A stretch of 64,000 nt of DNA, taken from contig NC_042998.1 of the NCBI RefSeq assembly GCF_006345805.1, positions 23,188,001 through 23,252,000 on the forward strand, written 5' to 3'. Shown here one piece after another: positions 48,886 to 60,045 of the stretch; position 1 is the stretch's first letter; each line of letters begins with the position of its first letter. This stretch comes from Octopus sinensis (lineage: Eukaryota). The notes beneath the pieces are model-generated. The model was not told the origin of the DNA and ran no database searches. It worked only from the letters and a program-made list of their open reading frames with translations. The position numbers and the translations under genes were made by a program.

Positions 48886-49281
48886 ACTCTTTTACTTGTT
48901 TCAGTCATTTGACTGCGGTTATGCTGGAGCATCGCCTTTAATCGAGCAACTCGACCCCGGGACATATTCTTTTGTAAGCCCAGTACGTATTCTATCGGTC
49001 TCTTTTGCCGAACCGCTAAGTAACGGGGACGTAAACACACCAGCATCGGTTGTCAAGCAATGCTAGGGGGACAAACACAGACACACAAACACACACATGC
49101 ACATATATATATATACATATATACGACAGGCTTCTTTCAGTTTCCGTCAACCAAATCCACTCACAAGGCATTGGTCGGCCCGGGGCCATAGCAGAAGACA
49201 CTTGCCCAAGGTGCTACGCAGTGGGACTGAACCCGGAACCATGTGGTTGGTAAGCAAGCTACTTACCACACAGCCACTCCT
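48886..49281 (-). mobile_element. SINE family A, full-length young copy
   Basis: CpG-rich reverse-complement match to 10812-11210. Confidence 0.9.
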
Positions 49282-49439
49282 GCACCTGCACATTTTAATG
49301 AGATGGATGAGCTTGGCACTCTCTAACAAGAAACTCAATTCTAGGCATAGTTTCAGAGAGGCTCATCTCCTCAACACATCATTCCTGATTGACAGTATTT
49401 GCATGAAATTTATTTTTCAATATACACATTGCTGCAAAC

Positions 49440-49673
49440 ATATTTCTTTATTACCCACAAGGGGCTAAATACAGAGAGGACAAACAAGGACAGACAGATG
49501 GATTAAGTTGATTATATCGACCCCAGTGCGTAACTGGTACTTAATTTATCGACCCTGAAAGGATGAAAGGCAAAGTTGACCTTGGCGGAATTTGAACTCA
49601 GAACGTAATGGCAGACGAAATACGGCTACGCATTTCACCCAGCGTGCTAACGTTTCTGCCAGCTCACTGCCTT
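49440..49673 (-). mobile_element. SINE family B monomer
   Basis: 12-bp TSD attgctgcaaac at 49428 and 49674. Confidence 0.9.
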
Positions 49674-49840
49674 ATTGCTGCAAACCAACAGTAAGTGGAT
49701 GGACAGGAACACCAGAATGTTCTCCATATATTTTGAAGGCACCTAGGTTGCATTTAGTTGTGATCACTTGATAATTCCATTGCTTTTATAAACCTCATGT
49801 TACCCCACGATCTCTTTTTGCATATCGTTAATGGTAAGTG

Positions 49841-49898
49841 CAGTGCTGGATTAACCATTAAGCAAAATAAGGCGATACTTGGGACGTCAAGGGAAGCA

Positions 49899-49968
<70 letters not shown>

Positions 49969-50379
49969 TGCACACACACACACACACACGCGCACACATA
50001 CACACCTCAGAAATGATAAGTGGTTTATGGCACTTTTGTGTCACAAACTATTTAATCACTTTAAACTTGCTAAATTAATATTCGAAGTGGTTTTCATATG
50101 ATCAGAAATATATTTTTGACGTGTTCGTGGTGTCACAGTGAGGATCTGATCAAAGACTTTGCAATGAAAAAAACTAGGAGAAAACTTTTTAATAAAATAA
50201 AGTAGAAGTTTACAAAGTTAAACATTATTTTTAATGCTATTGATAGTTTTGTTTCATTTTGAAAAATAAAAATTTATTCTATTTCTTATTATTGTTTATA
50301 TTTTGAATAACATGTATATGATGGCACCAACATCTTCTAAGTTCGTTTTAGTGCTTCTGTGGGTCTTAATCTAGCCCTG
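49841..50379 (+). mobile_element. hAT (Tip100-like) non-autonomous element
   Basis: TIRs CAGTGCTGGATTAA / TTAATCTAGCCCTG; 8-bp TSD ggtaagtg/ggtatgtg; internal DLIKDFAMKKTRRK resembles the hAT C-terminus. Confidence 0.75.
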
Positions 50380-50433
50380 GGTATGTGTACCTAGTTCAAG
50401 AACCCCTGCTGTAATGTATACAGTACTCTAATA

Positions 50434-50948
50434 CAGTGGTTCACAAAGTTATCAGTACTGCCCCATCTGGAGGGAGTGGAAAGATCCAGGGGATCTGCAA
50501 TGAAGAGGGGCGATAATTGGGTGGCCAAAAGGGGGCAATGGATGTAAAAGAAATTAAAACAATGGGTTAATTAGGTTAACAGCACCAACCGATCATGGCT
50601 GCTGCCAGCCTCCCCTGGCACCTGTGCCGGTGGCATGTAAAAAGCACCCAGTACACTCACAGAGTGGTTGGTGTTAGGAAGGGCGTCCAGCTGTAGAAAC
50701 ACTGTCAGATCAGACTGGAGCCTGGTGCAGCTTCCTGGCTTCCCAGACCCCGGTCAAACCGTCCAACCCATGCTAGCATGGAAAACGGATGTTAAACGAT
50801 GATGATGATGATGATGATGATGATGAAATGTTTTGAATTTGTTGCAGAAAGTGGTCTATGTTTGTGGTGGTCAAAGGTGGTGATGGGTACTAGAAATGTG
50901 GCCCAGGTGCCTAGCGGGCAGCAGTCCCAAAAAGGTTGGGAACCACTG
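50434..50948. mobile_element. hAT (Charlie-like) MITE with a nested RTE-tail insertion (about 50580-50826)
   Basis: TIRs cagtggttcacaaag / gttgggaaccactg; 8-bp TSD ctctaata/ctctaatg. Confidence 0.8.
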
Positions 50949-51091
50949 CTCTAATGCATCATTATTTTAAGTGCTGGGCAGGGCATGAATTAGAGCTAAT
51001 TCAGTTAACAAAACCTCTTTACTTCAAGTTTGCAGTTTTGTGCCAAAGTGAGGAACTGTTGTACCAAAAGGTTGTTTATTTGATTTTACAG

Positions 51092-51261
51092 ATAATTATG
51101 GAATGATATATACAAAATTAGCTTATAATGTAGATAATACCACCTCCACAGCAACCTCTGCCAACGAGAAAATGAATAACAACTTCAAAAGAACAAGTGC
51201 CGTCTTGATAGCATCCATCATGATCATGATAGCAAAAACTGTAACAATTACAATTATGTAA
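51092..51261 (+). CDS. Candidate exon of an unknown protein with a GPI-signal-like hydrophobic C-terminus
   Basis: Acceptor tgtttatttgattttacag|. Phase-1 frame (D)NYGMIYTKLAYNVDNTTSTATSANEKMNNNFKRTSAVLIASIMIMIAKTVTITIM*. The stop overlaps a possible GTAAGG donor at 51258. No homolog recognised, and the region is partly degenerate triplet repeat. Confidence 0.3.
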
Positions 51262-51359
51262 GGATAATGATAGTGATGGTGAGGATAATCCCCACTCCCT
51301 GGAACCCAAACCATCAATTATATTTGGTTTCAGCATCTGCAATGAGATCTATGACATGG

Positions 51360-51540
51360 AGGGAGAAGGGGGGGGATGAGGAGGAGGAGGAGGAGAAGAA
51401 GAGGAAGATGGAGGAAGAGAAGAAGAGGCAGATGAAGAAGGAGGAGGAGAAGAAGGAGAAGAAGGAGAAGAAGAAGAAGGAGAAGAAGGAGAAGAAAAAG
51501 AACAAGAAGAAGAACAAGAACAAGAAGAAGAAGAAAGAGA
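51360..51540. repeat. (GAG)/(GAA) purine triplet repeat
   Basis: Direct inspection. Confidence 0.95.
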
Positions 51541-52199
51541 TTTAGATTTTATTAGTAAAAAATGATAAATCTGTGCTAAAAGTTTGGAATGTAAGTTAGT
51601 GCTGCCAACATTGTCAAGCTCAGTTTCTCTCACATATGCGAAAAAAAAAAAAAGAAGAAGACTATTTATCAGTAAATGTAATGAGTTAGTTAATAAACGA
51701 ACCGCATTAAAACATTTACCTGCATAAATGATAGCTGGTATTGCCCAAATAACCTGCTGGTAACTGAACTTTTCTGAACGTTAGATATGTATTTCCAGCA
51801 TGTGCCATTTAACTGACATACTCTTCTATAAACTGCACCCAGTACACTCTGTAGAGTGGTTGGCATTAAGAACGATACCCAGGTATTGAAACCATGCCAA
51901 AAATGGAATGTACAAGCAAAAAAATGATCTCTGATCTGTCCAAGAGAACTCATAAGGCTTTAGTTGGCCCTGGGTTAAGGCAAAAGACATTTGGTCAAGG
52001 TGCTGTGCAATGGGATTGAGCATATAGATGCAGGCGTGGCTGTATGGTAAAATATTTGCTTTCCAACCACATAGTTCCAGGTTCAGTCCCACTGCATGAC
52101 AACTTGGGCAAATGTCTTCTACTATAGTCTTGGACTGGCCAAAGCTTTGTGAGTGGGTTTGGTAGAAAGAAACTGAAAGATGCCCATTGTATATGTATA

Positions 52200-52421
52200 T
52201 ATTTCTTTACTACCCACAAGGGGCTAAACACAGAGGAGACAAACAAGGACAGACAAAGGGATTAAGTCGATTACATCGACCCCAGTGTGTAACTGGTACT
52301 TAATTTATCGACCCCAGAAGGATGAAAGGCAAAGTCGACCTCGGTGGAATTTGAACTCAAAACGTAACAGACGAAATACAGCAACGCATTTCGCCCGGCA
52401 TGCTAACATTTCTGCCAGCTC
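52200..52421 (-). mobile_element. SINE family B monomer inserted in the microsatellite of a family A SINE
   Basis: About 18-bp TSD gcccattgtat(a/g)tgtata at 52182 and 52422; family A halves lie on either side. Confidence 0.9.
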
Positions 52422-53412
52422 GCCCATTGTATGTGTATACACATATATTTATTATATCTATGTGCCTTTGTGTCTATGTTTGCCCTCCTCACTCTACCAC
52501 TTAACAACCAGTGTTAGTGAGTTTACATCCTTGTAACTTAGTGGTTCAGCAAAAGAAACCAATAAACTGAGTACTAGGCTTAAAAAAAAAAAAGAAGTGC
52601 TGGGGTTGATTATTCAACTAAAACTTCTTCAAGGCAGTGCTCCAGCATGGCTGCAGTCTAATGATTGAAACAAGTAAAAGAAAGATAAGACTATATGTTT
52701 GGGAAGGAAGCTTCTTAACTGTACAACCATACCCAAACCTGTCAGACTGCAACAAATCATCCAACCCATGCCAGCAGGGAAAAAGAGACATAAAACCCAC
52801 AACAATGATGATGATGATGGTATGTAGGCAATGCATGGGGTGTAAAATGTAAAGGTTTATAAGCAGCAAAAAACAAAAATCCAAAAAGAAACAAAAAAAA
52901 AATGAAATGGCAAAAATACCTTTGGTACATGAGAAATAGTATTACAAACCAATGGTCCTGAGGCATGCCACAGACTTTTGAAAAATGGAATTTAAGGTTT
53001 AAGCAAAGCCATGATAATGCTTGTATATCTTGGAAAAATGTGTAAGTTGTAATTTTATAATACATAAACATGATTAGTAAAATGTGTTCAGCAATAGTTT
53101 TCTGTATTATTTTCTCAATTTTTAATTTCATAATGTAGTTTTTCTTTTTAACATTCTATCTGAAGTGTGTTAGTAACTTATATTTTTCATATGCCAAGAA
53201 GTCAAAAAGACTGTAAACTACTGCTACAAACTAATTAAGTATTGATATATTGAAACAGAAAATAATAAACAAAAAAAAAAACAAAACTGTCAAACATTTC
53301 AGATGTTGAGTTGTGAATTTCACAGTATGGCAGCCACATTGGAACCACAACAGACATAAAAATGATTAACTTTCCTGATATCATAAGAGGAATTTACTTA
53401 TATACATGTAAA

Positions 53413-54226
53413 TCTCTCTACATATAAAGCTGAAGTTGTCTGTGTATGGCAGGTTTGGTAGCCTTCAACTAACACTATCTCCTCCGAGACCCTGCGGTGT
53501 AAGTTGACCAAAATTGAGAGTATGGTAGAAGAAGGCTTGCTCTTTCTTCCGTAGAAGAAAAAATTCAAATCGGACCATGTTAACACCAAAAATTATTTAT
53601 ATAAAAAAAAGTACTTTTTTCTCTATGAAAATCCCTATTTTTTATGATTTTTTGACTGCTGTGTCATGTAAATCTCTTCTCTATATATATAAAGCTGAAG
53701 TTGTCTGTGTATGGCAGGTTTGGTAGCCTTCAACTAACACTATCTCCTCCGAGACTCTGCGGTGCAAGTTGACCAAAATTGAGAGTATGATAGAAGAAGG
53801 CTTGCTCTTCCTTCCGTAGAAGAGAAAATTCAAATCGGACCATGTTAACACCAAAAATTATTTACATAAAAAAAAGTACTTTTTTTTTCTATGAAAATCC
53901 CAATTTTTTATGATTTTTTGACTGCTGTGTCACCATTTTTCAATGTATTTCAACCAGAAAAATGTTCACTCATGCCAGTAGCATGTAATTGCACCCACTA
54001 CACTCTCAGAGTGGTTGGCGTCAGGAAGGGCATCCAGCTGTAGAAACTCTGCCAGATCAGATTGGAGCCTGGTGCAGCCATCTGGCTTGCCAGTCTCCAG
54101 TCAAACCGTCCAACCCATACCAGCATGGAAAGATGTTAAGCTACATAATGCAAAATTTTTACTTTTCAAAAATTCCAATTCTAAAGGGTCGAAACAAACC
54201 CAAGCAACGCCGGGCGATATTGCTAG
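53413..54226 (+). mobile_element. Helitron-type element with a duplicated 5' part and an internal RTE-tail fragment
   Basis: Starts TC(tctctacatataaag). The 260-bp head is duplicated (53405/53665). Ends cccaagcaacgccgggcgatattgCTAG|T. Confidence 0.7.
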
Positions 54227-55773
54227 TATATATAAAAGAGAAAGTTATACACAATAACAAAGAGTAATGCTTTTCTCTATTGTTGCATGAATCAGACGAC
54301 GAAACAAAAGTAGAACTCTGTCGGATTACAATGACAAGGGTTCTGGTTAACCCAATCAACAGAACAGCAGGCCCATGTTGTACAAATGGCTGAGCACCCC
54401 ACAGACACATGTACCCTTAATGTAGTTCCCATGGAGTTTCAGTGTGACAAAGGGATTGGCCGTTTGAAATACAGGGACAGCAGGAGGCGCAATGGCCCAG
54501 TGGTTAGGGCAGCGAACTCGCGGTCGGAGGATGGCGTTTTCGATTCCCAGACCGGGCGTCGTGTGTGTTTATTGAGCGAAAACACCTAAAGCTCCACAAG
54601 GCTCTGGCAGGGGGTGGTGGCGACCCCTGTTGTATTCTTTCGCCCCAACTTTCTCTCACTCTTTCTTCTTTTTTTCTTTTTACTTGTTTTAATCATTTGA
54701 GTGTGACCATGCTGGAGCACCACCTTTAGTCGAGCAAATTGACCTCAGGACTTATTCTTTGTAAGCCTAGTACTTCTATCAGTCTCTTTTGCCAAACCGC
54801 TAAGTTATGGGGACGTAAACACACCAGCATCGGTTGTCAAGCAATGTTGGGGGGACAAACACAGACACACAAACATATACACACACATACACACATTTAT
54901 ATGACAGGCTTCTTTCAGTTTCCATCTACCAAATCCACTCACAAGGCTTTGGTTGGCCCAAGGCTATAGTGAAAGACAATTGCCCAAGGTGCCACGCAAT
55001 GGGACTAAACCCAGAACCATGTGGTTGGTAAGCAAGCTACTTACCACATAGCCACAATGATGCGCATTATGATGGAAGATGATGATGATGATGGAGTTTT
55101 CTAGAATATCATTGAATTTTTCAACACTGACATTTATTTGGATCTTATATAACTCAAGTATTTTGACAGGCAGTTTACACTAACACTCATACACATCTAT
55201 ATATGTAACTTACATAACACAAAGAGATACACAGGTTCACCATTAATATTTTGAGATTTTGATAAATTTGCATCGTCTCATGGGCAGTATTTATTTTCAA
55301 TTTGTTAAAATCGCATTGATAAAATATCAGATATTTTCTAGACTCAATCGTTATTCATAGAGACATGGTGGTTCAAGGATTCATGTGGCCAAGCCACAGT
55401 CATACTAGTAGCATGTAGAGGGCAATAAAAACCAAGAGTCAAACAGGGGGGCAATTAGGCAATCTCGATGTGGTGGGCCTAGACTGCAGGGTCTCTGATT
55501 TGGAGTGAAGTGGAATCAAGTCTATTGTGGTAGTAACAGAAAAATCAAGAAGAAACAGTGCATCTATGAATTAGTAATTACTGTATATTGGTCAACGAGT
55601 ATTTACCAATTAACTAAATGTATATTTCTGTAGCAATATCACCGTTGTTGATATGTTGGCCTTATGGGGCTTACTTCAAGTTTTCAGAGTGTCAGTGGCT
55701 GATGTACATTGTTTACACATTAATATAATCTATCTATCTATGTCTGGCTGTCTGTCAATTTCTCTCTCTCTCT

Positions 55774-55825
<52 letters not shown>

Positions 55826-55829
<4 letters not shown>

Positions 55830-56205
55830 TCATCATCGTCGTTTAGCGTCCGTTTTCCATGCTAGCATGGGTTGGATGGTTCTACTGGGGTCTGTGAAGC
55901 CAGAAGGCTTCATCAGGCCCAGTCAAATCTGGCAGTGTTTCTACGGCTGGATGCCCTTCCTAACGCCAACCACTCCGTGAGTGTTGTGGGTGCTTTTTAC
56001 GTGCCACCCGCACTGGTGCCAGACAGAGCTGGCAAACGGCCACGAACGGATGGTGCTTTTTATGTGCCACCGGCACGAGGGCCAGGCGAGGCTGGCAACG
56101 GACACGAAACGGGGCGGTGCTGGCAACGGTCGCGAAACGGAAAGTTCTCTTACGTGCCACCGGCACTGGTAACACATCTGCAATTTCCATTGATCGATTT
56201 CGATT
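55826..56205 (-). mobile_element. RTE 3'-tail element inserted in (AT)n of duplication copy 1
   Basis: (GAT)n tail, palindrome and sub-repeats; absent from copy 2. Confidence 0.85.
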
Positions 56206-59069
56206 CGGGGCTAAAACAACAGTAACAATATATATGCCTGACTGGCTCCCCATGCCAGTGATATGTAAAAAAACACCATCCAGAGTGGTTGGCATTAGGA
56301 AGGGCATCCAGCTGTAGAAACATTGCCAGATCGGATTGGAGCCTGGTGAAGCCCCCTAGCTCACCAGCCCTCAGTCAAATTGTTCAACCCATGCCAGCAT
56401 GGGAAGCGGACATTTACCAGCATCGCCTTACTGACACCTGTGCCAGTGGCACATGAAAAACAACACTTGAGCAAGGTCATTGCCAGTGCCGCTGGACTGG
56501 CTCCTGGGCAGATGACACGTAAAATACACCATTTGAGTGTGGCCATTACCAGTACCGCATGACTGGCCCTCGTGCCAGTAGCACGTAATTGCATGCACTA
56601 CTCTCAGAGTGGTTGGCGTCAGGAAGGGCATCCAGCTGTAGAAACTCTGCCAGATCAGATTGGAGTCTGGTGCAGCCATCTGGCTTGCCAGTCCCCAGTC
56701 AAACCATCCAACCCATACCAGCATGGAAAGCAGATGTTAAATGATGATGATGATGATGATGATGATGTATATATATATATATATATATCGTCAAACAAAT
56801 TGATCCCAGCACTTATTTTTTTTAAAGCCTGGTACTTATTCTGTCAGTCTCGTTTTGCTGAACTACTAAGTCAGGGGAACATAAACATGCCAGCACCAGT
56901 TATCAAGTGGTGGTGGTGGTGGTGGTGGAGGACAAACACAGACATAAAGGCTCACACACACACACAGATATATGTACATATACAACAGGCTTGTTTCAGT
57001 CTACCAAATCCACTCACAAGGCTTTGGTCAGCTGAAGGCTACAGTAAAAGACACTTGCCAAAGGTGTCACACAGTGAGACAGAACCTAGAACCATGTGAT
57101 TGAGAAACAAACTTCTTATGTAAGAGAGTAATAATGGTGTTGAAGCTGTAAGATTATGAACGCAAACAATAGGGAAAAAGCTATGTTGAAAATTATAACC
57201 AAACAAAAATAATATGCTAAACAAGGTACTTGGTGACCCTGTTGATGTTGGTGCCACATAAAAAGCACTGGTGCTGGTGTCATGTAAAAATTCCCCAGAA
57301 CACTCTGTAAAGTGGTTGGAGTTAGGAAGGGCATCCAGCTGTAGAAACCATGCTAAAATAGGCAATGGAACCTGGCATGGCTCCTGGCCTAGCCAGCGGA
57401 CTCGCGGTCGGGGGATGGCGGTTTCGATTCCCAGACCGGGCGTTGTGTGTGTTTATTGAGCGAAAACACCTAAAGCTACACGAGGCTCCGGCAGGGGGTG
57501 GTGGCGACTCCTTTTGTACTCTTTCGCCCCAACTTTCTCTCACTCTTTCTTCCTGTTTCTTGTTCCTGACTTTCTACACAACCGCTGAGCCTGGATGCAC
57601 ATTCATCCATCCGTCAATGCTCTCAATGTCGTGGGTTGACCTGCTTTCGGATTTCTCCCATCTTGCGAGCTCTGGGACGAAGACCATTCGCTCAACAGCA
57701 ACAGGAAATAAAGTGTCTTGCTCAAGGACACAATGTACACCTAGAATTGAACTCGTGATCTTACAATTGTGAGCTGAATATCCTAACCAACAAGCCATGT
57801 ATCTTCACAACAAAGGACAGAGACACAAACATACACTGGAGCAGACCTATCCAACCCAGACAAGCAAAGCAAAATGGATAAATGATGGCAGTAATGATGA
57901 TGATGTAGAAGGAAGGGGAGGACAAAGACAAGATGATGATAATTCTTTTTTTTCTTTTTACTTGTTTCAGTCATTTGAGTGTGACCATGCTGGAGCACCA
58001 CCTTTAGTTGAGCAAATCAACCCCAGGACTTATTCTTTGTAAGCCTAGTACTTCTATCAGTCTCTTTTGCCAAACCGCTAAGTTATGGGGACGTAAACAC
58101 ACCAGCATCGGTTGTCAAGCGATGTTGGGGGGACAAACACAGACACACAAACACATACACACATTTATATGACAGGCTTCTTTCAGTTTCCATCTACCAA
58201 ATCCACTCACAAGGCTTTGGTCGGCCCAAGGCTATAGTAAAAGACAATTGCCCAAGGTGCCACACAGTGGGACTGAACCTGGAACCATGTGGTTGGTAAG
58301 CAAGCAACTAACCACATAGCCACTCCTGTGCTTATGATGCGCATTATGATGGAAGATGATGATGATGGAGTTTTCTAGAATATCATTGAATTTTTCAACA
58401 CTGACATTTATTTGGATATTATATAACTCAAGTATTTTGACAGGCAGTTTACACTAACACTCACACACGTCTATATATGTAACTTACATAACACAAAAGG
58501 ATACACAGGTTCACCATTAATATTTTGAGATTTTGATAAATTTGCATCGTCTCATGGGCAGTATTTATTTTCAATTTGTTAAAATGGCATTGATAAAATA
58601 TCAGAGATTCTCTAGACTTAATCGTTATTCATAGAGACATGGTGGCTCAAGGATTCATGTGGCCAAGCCACATTCATACTAGTAACATGTAGAGGGCAAT
58701 AAAAACCAGGAGTCAAACAGGGGGGCAATTAGGCAATCTCGATGTGGTGGGCCCAGACTGCAGGGTCTCTGATTTGGAGTGAGGTGGAATCAAGAGTATT
58801 GTGGTAGTAACAGAAAAGTCAAGAAGAAACAGTGCGTCTATGAATTAGTAATTACTGTATATTGGTCAATGATTATTTACTAATTAACTAAATGTTTATT
58901 TCTGTAGCAATATCACCGTTGTTGATATCTTGGCCTTATGGGGCTTACTTCAAGTTTTCAGAGTGTCAGTGGCTAATGTACATTGTTTACACATTAATAT
59001 AATCTATCTATCTCTCTATGTCTGGCTGGCTGTCAATCTCTCTCTCTCTCTCCATATATATATATAGAT

Positions 59070-59459
59070 GGATGGATGAAAGCACTCCGTCGGTTACGAC
59101 GACGAGGGTTCCGGTTGATCCGATCAACGGAACAGCCTGCTCGTGAAATTAACGTGTAAGTGGATGAGCACTCCACAGACACGTGTACCCTTAACGTAGT
59201 TCTCGGGGATATTCAGCGTGACACAGAGAGTGACAAGGCCGGCCCTTTGAAATACAGGTACAACAGAAACAGGAAGAAAGAGTAAGAGAAAGTTGTGGTG
59301 AAAGAGTACAGCAGGGATCACCACCATCCCCTGCCGGAGCCTCGTGGAGCTTTTTAGGTGTTTTCGCTCAATAAACACTCACAACGCCCGGTCTGGGAAT
59401 CGAAACCGTGATCCTACGACCGCGAGTCCGCTGCCCTAACCACTGGGCCATTGCGCCTC

Positions 59460-59462
<3 letters not shown>
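59070..59462 (-). mobile_element. SINE family C variant, full-length, young
   Basis: tRNA-like head with A box tggcccagtgg and B box ggtttcgattcc; 3' stem-loop ttccgttgatc-g-gatcaaccggaa; (CCAT)n tail; inserted in (AT)n. Confidence 0.9.
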
Positions 59463-59494
<32 letters not shown>

Positions 59495-60014
59495 GGCTAA
59501 AACAACAGTAACAATATATATGCCTGACTGGCTCCCCATGCCATGTAAAAAGCACCATCCGGAGTGGTTGGCATTAGGAAGGGCATCCAGCTGTAGAAAC
59601 ATTGCCAGATCGGATTGGAGCCTGGTGAAGCCCCCTAGCTCACCAGCCCTCAGTCAAATTGTTCAACCCATGCCAGCATGGGAAGCGGACATTTACCAGC
59701 ATCGCCTTACTGACATGAAAAACAACACTTGAGCAAGGTCATTGCCAGTGCCGCTGGACTGGCTCCTGGGCAGATGACACGTAAAATACACCATTTGAGT
59801 GTGGCCATTACCAGTACCGCATGACTGGCCCTCGTGCCAGTAGCACGTAATTGCATGCACTACACTCTCAGAGTGGTTGGCGTCAGGAAGGGCATCCAGC
59901 TGTAGAAACTCTGCCAGATCAGATTGGAGCCTGGTGCAGCCATCTGGCTTGCCAGTCCCCAGTCAAACCGTCCAACCCATACCAGCATGGAAAGCAGATG
60001 TTAAACGATGATGA

Positions 60015-60045
<31 letters not shown>

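Noticed and set aside
51123-51342. Minus-strand hydrophobic and His-containing ORFs as a ZIP N-terminus
   Set aside because: No ZIP motifs; they are the antisense reading of a Thr/Asn-rich low-complexity stretch.
51267-51545. E/K-rich 92-aa ORF
   Set aside because: Translation of a (GAG)/(GAA) triplet repeat.
54485-54560. tRNA gene
   Set aside because: A/B boxes are present but continue into a multicopy SINE body. All tRNA-like sequences here are SINE heads.
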